21,328 nucleotides of DNA from Candidatus Heimdallarchaeota archaeon (GCA_048881705.1 JBHLSH010000070.1:1-21328); one strand, 5' to 3'; numbered from the stretch's first letter, positions 12,001 through 17,554 are shown. Made by a program: numbers and translations. Notes: generated by a model from the sequence alone, not told the origin.

Positions 12001-12248
12001 CAATCATAGACATAACGCACGAGCAAAGATACAGCTTTCAAACTAATGAATTGCTCAATGGAACCTATTTCTGGTACTTTGAGATACTTGATCGCGCAGG
12101 TAATCAAATCAGCACTCCAACCAAATCATTTGAGGTGGTTGTTACGGACATTGACCTTTCACCTATTATCTCACTAGGTGTACTAAGCAGTCTGATAATG
12201 GGAACGTTTGCTCTTGCTTATGCCTACGGAATTAAGAAAAGGAGATAG
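3..12248 (+). CDS. Giant cell-surface/adhesin-like glycoprotein (5'-truncated, >4,081 aa): 24 Ig-like repeats, Ig-like domain, Gly-loop parallel beta-helix, 7 Ig-like repeats, C-terminal TM anchor
   Basis: The ORF 54..12248 frame is open back to base 3 (LNAIFSDEFSFSVIDTF-MPEI), which matches the end of a repeat unit (e.g. NTAYSDELVFNVVDSYA-PDV). So ATG 54 is internal and there is no signal peptide in the window. Repeat motifs are EPxDASG[IV]xx[VI], ND[TS]xGN and DxxxPD. The C-terminus is IISLGVLSSLIMGTFALAYAYGI-KKRR*. Confidence 0.95.
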   Translation: MNAIFSDEFSFSVIDTFMPEILIPASQTSNSPEYNDTNSVSILAFEPSDASGIDAVWLNYTYDDWLTSVVEDITSTQSFTFAEEMLQFGQTYRWIIGFNDSAGNSGYSDELIFTVVDNHGPDVIQPATQTTFTPEFNGSVVVSIGVSEPSDASGLKAVWLHYTTDNWFSYSVINVTSTQSFSFSPAMLEYGQIYQLTFRYEDMAGNSRFSNELSFSVIDTYSPDVLVPPAQSTDSPLYNSSVSVSITVIETQDAAGIDMVWINYTIDNWLTYNLTIITATQFFTFTEDMLRHGQIYYWKIGYNDTAGNQNFGNELFFIVEDIFPPEVIIAASQSTSSPEYNSTVLTSISIAEPEDAAGIDMVWINYTTDNWLTVHIVDITQSQSYLFADSGLEFGQTYNWQIAYNDSVGNTAYSSVFSFTVIDSYKPDVEVDAFQSVGSPNYNESVDVAIIVSEPPDASGLDTVWLNYTFDDWLSYTILDITATQGFTFDESMLEYGQLYRWQIYYNDTEGNMGVTEELIFSVMDKFAPDVNSGSFQSTTYPEFNGSVFVSINVSEPADSAGLDNVWLNYTTDNWTLYTTVDISSGQAFTFTDTTLIFDQTYQWVIGYNDTVGNTAYSDELVFNVVDSYAPDVTIPPYQSTPNPGYNESVTIAITVSEPIDAAGVSNVWINYTQNDWTSFSFVNITSLQSFTFTDVMLTFGQAYRWVIGFNDTQGNTAYSEEFSFIVTDGYAPDIIVPAQQSLDAPEFNDTVGISITIDEPIDAAGVHMVWLNYTFDDWITYSISDITSTQTFTFTEEMLHYGQSCKWRILSNDTVGNIVTTGDFLFSVIDTYSPDIVVLASQNTSIPQYNESVTASITVSEPFDASGLDMVWINYTLDNWLTFNVFDVTLDQSFSFSEALLEYDQTYSWKIGFNDTAGNVKFSVEKTFQVLDSYAPDIVSGPVQIPFAPNFNESLVVSISVVEPLDAAGLANVWIYYTSDNWSSYTVVDITTTQVFTFSDVMYEYGQIYQWKILYKDILNNEGVTNEFNFIVIDEFAPDVMVQAEQTTNSPEFNDTVIVSIFVDESDDASGVDTIWLNYTVDKWLTYTVVNITQSQTFVFAGEMLEFNQTYNWIIGYNDSAGNAGKSSEFSFLVGDSFAPDIEAAASQSSSSPQFNGTLIVSIAVIEPIDASGVHKIWLNYTNDDWGTHVVVDITSTQSYTFNDALLRYGQIYYWLIGFNDSVGNVRYTNEFMFTVVDSFKPDVISPAHQSTTIPQFNESVLVAINVSEPLDAAGINKVWINYTTDNWITSFVADIGQSQSFNFTADMLVFGQLYQWIIGYNDSLGNTGFSLEFSFLVIDNFAPDIEQEPVQTASTPEYDDTNIISISVVEPADASGISSVLFYYRVDSGIWQVEDVTISRNFAFTPDMLSFGQTYDWYFRFNDTVGNYDQSNVGSFLIVDNTSPTYSDLNQTSSTPEYSESNNVSVVVSEPPDASGIDTILLFYRINSGAWNIEDVTTTSNYTFTADMLSYGQVYDWYFWFNDTAGNGGQSSIVTFTVVDNTAMEYSGLNQTTPTPSYNGSNTVSVNVHEPANASGIDRIFLYYRINSGAWNIEDVTTTSNYTFTADVFSYGQEFTWYFWFNDTAGNNDQTLLQVFNVIDPYSPEIAQNAIQSTNTPQYNGSVLASISVSEPQGSSGVDTVWINYTDDNWMTFTVMNITKTQSYVFNDEILVFNQVYRWIIGFNDTAGNVGFSEELSFVVLDSYLPDVIGIANQSTSAPEYNSSVVVSISVAEPADASGIAIVWINYTLDGWQSNFVVPITPSQSYTFTEDILEYNQAYSWIIGFNDTVGNTGYSEEYTFHVIDSFKPTTVIPALQSTSDPEYNESVSISILVYESADASGIGKVWINYSLDDWESYTFVDITQTQSFTFNEENLAFNLTYRWFIGYNDSAGNVGYSHEQIFTVTDGYAPDVLTPAFQSSSFAEYNGTLAATILVNESIDASGLAVVWINYSFDDWTSYIIFDITQGQSFVFTQDLLEYGKIYRWVIGFNDTAGNADYSEEYSFLVVDSYAPDVETAASQSTSNPEFNGTVVVSINVTEAIDASGVDTVWINYTSDNWNTFSFITITATQSFTFTENMLRFNQEYRWIIGCNDSAGNIGKTSEFYFFVVDSYAPDVLNPADQTTISPEFNGTVMANITVIEPTDASGLDSVWLTFTNDNWLTSRTEDITEFQSFLFNDSLLQFNQTYHWFIGFNDTVGNVAFSDTYTFLVIDSFKPDITQPARQAFNTPEYNQSNMVDIVVSEPPDASGIDTILLFYRIDSGTWNIEDVTTTSTYTFTADMLSYGQVYDWYFWFNDSAGNVDQTKIQWFNVIDSFDPLYSDLEQTSPTPQYNETNIISITIGEPSDASGVKSILFYYRVNFDETWITVDVTSTSQFAFTADDLEYGQVYDWYFVFDDLAGNSAQTPTKTFSVSDQTRPRLSQPYDITASEYLTWGRLTWKATDVYPDSFEIYQNGLLVDSGSWNGLQIGIDLMGLPEGNHNFTLVVFDKANNKATDVVLINAVKSFIPPPIGDLVIENHTIYLQNESLALNGNLLIKGNGSLTLRGSTLELNSTFDGQYRIEVYRGGFLAILNNSIVTSSDIQETYYLKAAAGSLLSINGSTIMHAGFASRELSGLYINTDKAQVINSFIRNNYIGLTLNNVAYCTIINNTFENNYLGILAENADSCLIAYNIIRGSSNFGILLNKSRNITLNQNHIYNIVGEPGADGITSSESGTTGSMAVGIHLMNSSENLIINNVIDNIIGGSGGTGGGFSGSGGTGGISAGIFLESSSGNIFANNGLGIITGGAGGSSGDLYGSGGSGGVGTGILLLDSINNSFRLMSITDIQGGLGGNGGSEYGSEGSPGSSYGVFFESGSYQNEFESTVVMEGDPVLYMYGQSNLVVEDFNISANVNPTNLGKIVVINCYNVSIRNNILSNFYGVNGITGDYFTPGTKGERGTAIYLLNSFNVIIERNIIKNIMGGSGGTGGYRGSGGTGGEAAAIFLESSAYNIIRNNTIMNMIGGKGGEGGRLGSGGPGGKATGTYLRNSSDNFFLKNAIISGEGGSGGSGGYHGSGGQGGTAAGIYFENSIENLIENNSFANLIGGVRGLAEIGNSHGTDSAGFGVYFEADSYKNHLEGNLYDGDLVIYLYGQKDLIFENLNLTSPNNPTNLGKIVLIDCYNITIRRNNISFYYGVGGGTGNSLDPGDLGGLGVGIYLFNSSFNFIGYNILTDITGGMGGTGGWLNAGGKGGSSIGIYLVISSFNTFDFNVMMNIKGGIGGKAGYTGVNGTGGDSIAVYMVNSSYNSITAVISELVGGDGNAGGSQKNIVLSEDSKNNFWAYESTSKREYDENQTIYFGLDEHFDNDTLIIYYRVDNGSWSTIDTSGTQNYTFTSELFFYQQFWEWFFWFNVTSGQNYETGLLSFKIIDTKPKLYTEVFQTNSTINYFRSNTVSIIIEEPEGSSEVDTILLYYQLANDSWNFIDVTSGRNFTFLADQLIYGQVYHWYFWINDTAGNTNRTGIYSFSIVDNTAPYYSNLVQTNESIEYDGINFINVSITEPTDGSGVDTVLLYYRLDNDSWIIVDVTDGQNYTFTEKQLVYGQNYGWYFWFNDTAGNSGQTEMNSFSVVDSKAPIVTNISFTGPTIQYTESVHIEIDVMELPDASGVDTILLYYSLNDNWTIKEITLTRNYTFAENVLRYGQLYSWFIWYNDSVGNFNKTQEESFYIVDLTPPLHDVQTYGVPEYNKDYTVSVLATEPGDASGMDSILFYFFTNHSTGWKTSDITETGNFTFREEDLIFNQTYFWYYWLADRAGNTNQSRIFNFTVTDLTPPSYSDLTQDSLSPAYNESNTVRADIYEPLDACGLDSIYIFYREDNQSWQKTNITETQEYTFDEVLLMYGQLWEWYLWFNDTMGNYARTPVANFTVEDYYYPEFADVTQSKTIIYAGENNTVSLSASEPIDASGLEKILLYYSQNQISWSIIDITHEQRYSFQTNELLNGTYFWYFEILDRAGNQISTPTKSFEVVVTDIDLSPIISLGVLSSLIMGTFALAYAYGIKKRR
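57..7379 (+). repeat. 24 tandem ~100-102 aa Ig-like beta-sandwich repeats (order A13-B3-A6-B2)
   Basis: Unit starts were checked at 57, 363, 669 ... 4035 (exact 306-nt period), 4338, 4638, 4938, 5244 ... 6774 and 7077. Type A carries W[IL]NYTxD[DN]W. Type B carries [LF][LF]YYR[IV]xxGxW and WYFWFND. The Ig-like fold is inferred from the alternating hydrophobic strands and the DxSG[VI]xxV / DxxGN motifs typical of bacterial and archaeal Ig-like (Big) domains. Confidence 0.9.
7380..7649 (+). other. Single divergent Ig-like domain (LTWKATD...YQNG...NFTLVVFDKANN) between the repeat stalk and the beta-helix
   Basis: About 90 aa with W-x-A-x-D, YxIYxNG and NxTLxVxDxAxN motifs, distinct from the A/B repeats. 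Confidence 0.7.
7650..10086 (+). other. Parallel beta-helix (PbH1/NosD/CASH-like) region with 13 Gly-rich insertions
   Basis: Repeating GIxLxxSxxNxIxxNxIxNI rungs with Asn/Ile ladders. From 8232 to ~10038 most rungs contain a GGxGGxGGxxGxGGxGG-type insert at 41-42 aa spacing. Confidence 0.85.
10089..12150 (+). repeat. 7 membrane-proximal type B Ig-like repeats (first one degenerate)
   Basis: EPxxxSxVDT[IV]LLYY...WY[FI]W[FIY]ND[TS]xGN motifs. Unit starts were checked at 10359 and 10662. Confidence 0.85.
12165..12245 (+). other. C-terminal transmembrane anchor with basic tail (KKRR)
   Basis: A 23-aa hydrophobic stretch followed by AAG AAA AGG AGA TAG. Confidence 0.85.
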
Positions 12249-12273
12249 ACAGGTTTGGCAACGGGGGCGTTTA

Positions 12274-12720
12274 TCAGGAAAATAGGAATACAAAAAATAC
12301 TACAAGGGTTCCAAAAAGCATGATGCTCACCAAGAGTATCCCTTTGGCTTTTACACTGAACAGTTTCCTGATACTTGGTAAATTCATATCGACGGCTTGG
12401 GCCAAATCCTGTTCAACAACTTGAGCCGCCCTATATACGTAGAAAGCGAATCCTAGAGTGATAATACCTACGGATACTAGAGTAAGGCCGGTTATAAAAA
12501 TCAACATTACAGCAAAATTCGGATCTACAATTCGTCTACCCAAGAAAAATATTCTAAATGCATCCAGGAAGTCAGGAAATGATACTGGGGCCCATGATAT
12601 TATCAAGACTATAGTTCCTAAAACCAGTAACCCTCCACCTATTATTACTAGCACTGAAAGGAATAAGAATACAAAAAAACCCCCTAAACCTCTGTATGTA
12701 TACTTTACTGGTTCGCTCAT
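12274..12720 (-). CDS. Hypothetical integral membrane protein, ~3 TM segments (148 aa)
   Basis: Three long hydrophobic segments. An in-frame TAA two codons upstream of the ATG fixes the start. It converges on the giant gene with a 25-nt gap. Confidence 0.8.
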   Translation of the reverse strand: MSEPVKYTYRGLGGFFVFLFLSVLVIIGGGLLVLGTIVLIISWAPVSFPDFLDAFRIFFLGRRIVDPNFAVMLIFITGLTLVSVGIITLGFAFYVYRAAQVVEQDLAQAVDMNLPSIRKLFSVKAKGILLVSIMLFGTLVVFFVFLFS

Positions 12721-12786
12721 CTCTATTTACCACTATTTCCTTAGTCAAATCACGTTTAAAGAATAAGACCGTGCTAGAACGATTGA

Positions 12787-14214
12787 TCAATACTTAGATG
12801 TGGATTTCAGTTTTTTTAATAATTCCAGTTCTTGAACTATTAATTGGTTAAGTTTCCGTAATCTAATCGATGTTTTTCGTATAATCCCTTCATCAACAGC
12901 AGCCTCAATTGACCTCAGCCATCTGATGCTTTTTTCTGTTTCCGTCTTTAGTTCCGAACATTTACGCAAATATTTCCGTTTAATATCTTTATTCGATTTT
13001 TTAAAGTTATTTAGGAAACTATTGATCGATGCGAGTTCGATCGTTAAATCCTCATTTGATTTTACCGTTAAAATTCGATCGGAAGGCCATTGTGTGTCTC
13101 TTTTAGTCTCGAGACATCTCCGTATGGCAAGGGCAAGTTCTTTAGCTTCTCTTTCAATGTCGAAATCCCTGCTTGTTGATGATTCCATATCTTTATCCAC
13201 GAATCTATTGCATACCGACCATGCCAAAATTATATTTGAAGGATCCTCAAAATCATCCCACCTTCCTTCTTGAAGTGATAAACGTATTTTTTTCACTCGC
13301 TCTCCCACATTTTCACCAGATGGGTAATTTCCTCGTTTTCTACTGGCTCGAATAAAATATGACGATATAAATCTAAATAAATCATTACCTAAGACTGGCT
13401 TTTCTACCTCTTCAAGTATTAGGCCAATATCTTCGATTTCTACAAGTTTATCTTCCAGTTTTATTAGCCTGTCTTTTATGACCTCCTTTCTTTGTACTAA
13501 TAAACTAAGATCTCCAGGCCTTGGTTTCAATGAATTTTGAGGTTTTTCTAATTCTTTGAATTCGTCTCCACGTGTAAAATAGCCAGAAAAGGTGCCATTA
13601 ATATGTTCTAGTTTTGTATTAATACTGTCCATGTCAAATTCCTTGGGACGAGAACGTCTGCTAGCTACAAATAATGTTCCGACCAGTAATACCCCAAACC
13701 CACCAGGAATAACGATGGCAGCTAAGTCTATACTAGCTCCAAGCTTCTGATAACTGGCAGCGAGCTGTACAGTTTCATTATATAATGCAGACTCATAGTT
13801 TCCCCAAAAGAAGGTTACTACCATAAGCGTCGTGAAAGTACCTATTGTAGGAGTTTCAAAAGGAATTGTTTCAATATAGGAATCAATTGAGGTATTGATA
13901 AGAATATCTAAACCAAGCTCATTTGCATAAATTGACCTGTTATCTTGAATGGTTTGAAAGGACAGTACCTTAATGAAAAGGATATAATCACTGGTTACTC
14001 GGGTAACGTTTATTATCCCCTTAACTTCATCAAGGTCAATTGCTGAATTGGGCTCAGGAGAAAAATAAACCTGAACATCAATCCCATAGATATCAAAACT
14101 CTGGCTTTGGATCCAATCATTACCAGCTACCATAGAAGAGCTAAAGATAACGAGAAAGGCAAGTATCGTAAAAAAGAATAGACTGCGTGGGGATCCCACA
14201 ATCCAATTCAACAT
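12787..14214 (-). CDS. Hypothetical type I membrane protein: signal peptide, ~130-aa beta-rich ectodomain, TM (aa ~164-184), ~290-aa helical/coiled-coil cytoplasmic domain
   Basis: N-terminal hydrophobic core ending in SSSMVAG. Four N-x-S/T sequons lie in the ectodomain. The TM is followed by SRRSRPK. The C-terminal part is rich in K/E/R/L with heptad-like patterns. A GGGTGG RBS-like motif lies 4 nt upstream. Confidence 0.85.
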   Translation of the reverse strand: MLNWIVGSPRSLFFFTILAFLVIFSSSMVAGNDWIQSQSFDIYGIDVQVYFSPEPNSAIDLDEVKGIINVTRVTSDYILFIKVLSFQTIQDNRSIYANELGLDILINTSIDSYIETIPFETPTIGTFTTLMVVTFFWGNYESALYNETVQLAASYQKLGASIDLAAIVIPGGFGVLLVGTLFVASRRSRPKEFDMDSINTKLEHINGTFSGYFTRGDEFKELEKPQNSLKPRPGDLSLLVQRKEVIKDRLIKLEDKLVEIEDIGLILEEVEKPVLGNDLFRFISSYFIRASRKRGNYPSGENVGERVKKIRLSLQEGRWDDFEDPSNIILAWSVCNRFVDKDMESSTSRDFDIEREAKELALAIRRCLETKRDTQWPSDRILTVKSNEDLTIELASINSFLNNFKKSNKDIKRKYLRKCSELKTETEKSIRWLRSIEAAVDEGIIRKTSIRLRKLNQLIVQELELLKKLKSTSKY

Positions 14215-14218
14215 TTTT

Positions 14219-14224
14219 CCACCC
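14219..14224 (-). promoter_or_regulatory. Shine-Dalgarno-like site (GGGTGG) for the 475-aa gene
   Basis: The minus strand reads AGGGTGG-AAAA-ATG. Confidence 0.5.
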
Positions 14225-14730
14225 TATCGAGGAAAAAGGGGAAAGAACAGGGTTTTTTGTTCAAATCCGCATTTCAACTTGATACAGAACACAGTCTTTT
14301 AAAATTTCAGTAGATCGCTTATACTCACATCATGATTATGGCCCTATTATTGCCATAAATAGTGTATTAAGGGCTGTTTTTGGCGTTTTTCGCCATATTG
14401 TGACCAGTCCTGATGTTTTTCCTCATCAAGTACTTCATGAAGAAACCAGGAATCGGACATTGCTTGCCGCTGTAATCCATCACAGCCTAGAGGTATCATT
14501 ATGCCCAAAACAGCCATTTTGCCCATATCGAACTGATTGCCGAAATATGGTCATAAGTTAGGGGATTTCACCCAGTATACCAAAGAGTTACTAAGGCAAT
14601 TTGAATTAATAAGACAATTCGCCGCTTTAAGGTGTATATCTAGCATAAAAATAAGCCAAAAGGCCATTCCGAATCATATGATCAATCTTGTGACTCCTAG
14701 CCATAAATGAAATTCATAAAACAAGGAAGT

Positions 14731-16209
14731 TTAAGAAAGTCGGCTTTTTGGGTTATTCCTCTCCGCCGTTTCGAACTTGATACAACCATGTGTATTTCTG
14801 ATAGTCCGATGGTTCTGATCAAAATCCAAGTGGAAGTGAATTCCAACAATTGATTTTGGTGGAATTGAATCTACCAGGGGCACCTCTACCTGGGCATACG
14901 GTGCAAATATAATTGATCCATGTACTAGAGTGAGATCCTTTGATCTCCCTTCTTTCTCAAATGTGATTGTATGTACAAGGATTTTAACATCTGTTGTGTT
15001 TTTAAGAAGAATTATACTGGATGAACTCTTCTCCACCGAAATGAGGTTATCCAAGCGATTTTTAATATATTTGAGGAGACGGGGCCGATCTTGATTTGAG
15101 AACACTGATTCTCCGTCGTAAATAATGTCCAATGCTTGGTTTAGTTCGCCCAGGTCAAGTGCAAGCAGAATTCGGTCTGGTTTTAAGGACGGATCGAGTA
15201 AATTTTGGGTGATGGGGACATTGTAGAGTAATCCGATGATAAATGCTTGATAGAGAAAACTCCTCCTAGAATTCTTTTCGTAAAGCATGTAAAAAAGGCG
15301 AGTGATTTCCTCGGCCGGCAAGATCTGCTTATCTGGGGCCACAGTATGTGTTATAAAAAACTCGAAGGCATCCAAGAATTCATGTTCATGCCATTCTTCT
15401 GTATGGTACCCTGCCAAAATAAGGAGGTTGCGATAGAACCCTTGGAGGCGAGCACGTGAATGCTTTAACAGTACTTGGTATATTTTCTGCTGCATAAATT
15501 CCTTTGAGCTGAATTGGATTTTGTTTGAAGAAGCTACTTTTATCGTTCTCAGCATACTTAGTGCAAATGGAATCCCAACCTCGGGAGTCGACCGCACGTT
15601 CTTAGGGAGCATATATAAAAATGCATAATAATAAAGTATTTCAGGGATGTGGGGATTTTTTTCCTGGAAGTAAATGAATCGGCCATCGCTGGCGGTTTGA
15701 AAAGGGCCCCCGAATTCCCTGAAACCTAGTCGTATTAACGGACGATTCCTTGTTTGTTTCTTTGGGACATGAAGCTTTTTGGCAATTGATGTCCAAATTC
15801 TCTGGAATCGGTTATTGAGTTGGGATGTTTTTTCAATGATTGTCAATTCCTTCTTTTGAGCAGGATATCGAGTAATTAGCTTCGTTTTAGATTCAATATT
15901 CTGACGTAATGCTTCCAAGTTATGGTGATCAGAAAATGTCTCCGCTAATTGATAATGACCATTCTCATCGAAATAGTACAATCGAATCTCCCGTAAGGTT
16001 GTTACGGGCTTCCAAAATAAAACGACTACAAATGGTAGACCTTGATCGGTTTGTATAACCAAGGATGGTATTTGAGGTAATCCTTTCTTAACTAGTACCT
16101 TTTTCTTGATCCTTCGTAATTCTCCAAGTTGGGCCCCCTTCTCCTGAACTTCTCGTCGCATCCAGTGATGGATGAGCTTCCGTGGGTCACGGAGGGGACG
16201 CCTACTCAT
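14731..16209 (-). CDS. Hypothetical soluble basic protein (492 aa)
   Basis: Long ORF with no TM and an Arg/Lys-rich N-terminus. A canonical AGGTGA RBS lies 3 nt upstream of the ATG. No family was recognised with confidence. Confidence 0.85.
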   Translation of the reverse strand: MSRRPLRDPRKLIHHWMRREVQEKGAQLGELRRIKKKVLVKKGLPQIPSLVIQTDQGLPFVVVLFWKPVTTLREIRLYYFDENGHYQLAETFSDHHNLEALRQNIESKTKLITRYPAQKKELTIIEKTSQLNNRFQRIWTSIAKKLHVPKKQTRNRPLIRLGFREFGGPFQTASDGRFIYFQEKNPHIPEILYYYAFLYMLPKNVRSTPEVGIPFALSMLRTIKVASSNKIQFSSKEFMQQKIYQVLLKHSRARLQGFYRNLLILAGYHTEEWHEHEFLDAFEFFITHTVAPDKQILPAEEITRLFYMLYEKNSRRSFLYQAFIIGLLYNVPITQNLLDPSLKPDRILLALDLGELNQALDIIYDGESVFSNQDRPRLLKYIKNRLDNLISVEKSSSSIILLKNTTDVKILVHTITFEKEGRSKDLTLVHGSIIFAPYAQVEVPLVDSIPPKSIVGIHFHLDFDQNHRTIRNTHGCIKFETAERNNPKSRLS

Positions 16210-16212
16210 AAT

Positions 16213-16218
16213 TCACCT
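16213..16218 (-). promoter_or_regulatory. Shine-Dalgarno site (AGGTGA) for the 492-aa gene
   Basis: The minus strand reads GGTAGGTGA-ATT-ATG. Confidence 0.65.
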
Positions 16219-16530
16219 ACCATTCCACAAGACAATTCTGTGTTCCCGCATTGCGTCCTCGTCCCAATTTCATTTCTGAGGTAAAGAAATCCTGATTTAA
16301 GATTTCTCATAAAATTCTCGCCTATAGTCTCTCAAGAGAGGAAAAATGTTCTAAGGTCAATATAGATTCCTAAATAATGTAAACCCAGGAGCCACAATTT
16401 CATAACGTCTTTTTCTTGTCATGTTTTTGGTCATAGATTCGTGAAAACTCAATCTTCCGATAGCCCTTAATCAGTGGCCAAATATTCCTCCGATCTTTTC
16501 ATCACTAGAGGAAACCAAGGAATCTCGAAT

Positions 16531-16550
16531 GGAAAGATTATATATTATAT
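16531..16550. promoter_or_regulatory. Candidate archaeal BRE/TATA element in the divergent promoter region
   Basis: GGAAAGA-TTATATATTATAT: a purine-rich run followed by a TTATAT box. It lies in the 482-nt gap between divergent genes. Which gene it serves is unknown. Confidence 0.3.
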
Positions 16551-16691
16551 TTGGCAATATCTTGAATCTCTAAAACAGTTAGACACTATTCCTCAAGAGA
16601 ATTCGACAAAGAATATCCACAAACTTTAGATCATTATCCTTAACAAATTTCAAATAGCGTGGAATAGACATTTGGAGCGGTAGGAAAAGGT

Positions 16692-17534
16692 ATGGTCGAT
16701 ATTTTCCAGGGAATTGTAATAGCCATCATCCAAGGGATAGTAGAATGGCTCCCAATTTCTTCTGAAGGCCAATTATCACTAGTTTTGGTCAATATTCTGG
16801 GATTGAGTGAGTTGGAGGCGGTAACTCTGGCTCTTCTTCTTCACCTAGGCACCATGATTTCAGTAATTGCCTATTTCAGATCTGATCTCCTCGGTCTTAG
16901 ATATTTTCGATCTCGTTTGCTCCAAGTTATCGTTGTAGCCACTTTGGGAACCGCGGTGACGGCCATACCACTTATCATGTTTTTTAAATCATATTGGGAG
17001 ACAATTGCTTCAAATCTACCATTAAGTGCCGATATTCTTTTCACGGTTCTCATTGGAGTCCTCTTAATCCTTACAGGTGTGATTCTCTCCAAACAGCCTG
17101 AACAAGGAATTCGCACTCTAGAGTCTTTAACCGCTAGAGAAGCACTTTTGCTAGGAATGGCTCAAGGTATTGCTGCGTTGCCTGGTATTAGTCGTAGTGG
17201 GATGACCGTAACAATCTTATTGGTTTTTGGATTAACTCAGAGTGAAACATTTCGGACAAGCTTCATTATTTCAATACCAGCTGTTCTTGGGGCAACAGGT
17301 TTAGAGTTTATACTGGGAGGTTTTACTGTTCAATCAGGAAATATCGCAGTTGGTCAGGTGATTCTTCCAATTGAACTGATACTCGGTATAATTGCTATCA
17401 CTGCAGTTATTGGTTTTCTCTCTATTGAAACCTTGCTAAGATTTAGAAATGTCCGATACGATAAATTTTGTGTTGTTTTTGGAATAGGCACTATCTTGTT
17501 GGCAGTATTATTGCTTCTTATAGGGTTACTGTGA
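16692..17534 (+). CDS. uppP: Undecaprenyl/polyprenyl-diphosphate phosphatase (BacA/UppP family)
   Basis: Signature motifs QGIVEWLPISSEG, LHLGT and PGISRSG. Multi-TM protein of 280 aa. Confidence 0.95.
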   Translation: MVDIFQGIVIAIIQGIVEWLPISSEGQLSLVLVNILGLSELEAVTLALLLHLGTMISVIAYFRSDLLGLRYFRSRLLQVIVVATLGTAVTAIPLIMFFKSYWETIASNLPLSADILFTVLIGVLLILTGVILSKQPEQGIRTLESLTAREALLLGMAQGIAALPGISRSGMTVTILLVFGLTQSETFRTSFIISIPAVLGATGLEFILGGFTVQSGNIAVGQVILPIELILGIIAITAVIGFLSIETLLRFRNVRYDKFCVVFGIGTILLAVLLLLIGLL

Positions 17535-17554
17535 TTATAAAAGGAATGAAGAAT

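Noticed and set aside
12458-13355. ORFs 12458..12766+, 12572..12790-, 12926..13273+ and 13173..13355+
   Set aside because: They overlap better-supported genes, have no motifs and no RBS.
14348-14527. 59-codon minus-strand ORF (MGKMAVLGIM...YLWQ) and a 92-codon startless plus-strand frame in the intergenic region
   Set aside because: No RBS, no recognisable motif and atypical composition. Coordinates are approximate.
16206-16310. 34-codon upstream ORF (MRNLKSGF...VGEL) whose TGA overlaps the ATG of the 492-aa gene
   Set aside because: An ATGA overlap of this length can easily arise by chance, and there is no motif or strong RBS.
17468-17554. N-terminal extension MCCFWNRH... of the hydrolase ORF
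   Set aside because: It overlaps the uppP 3' end, and the family motif (TH) begins right after Met at 17555.
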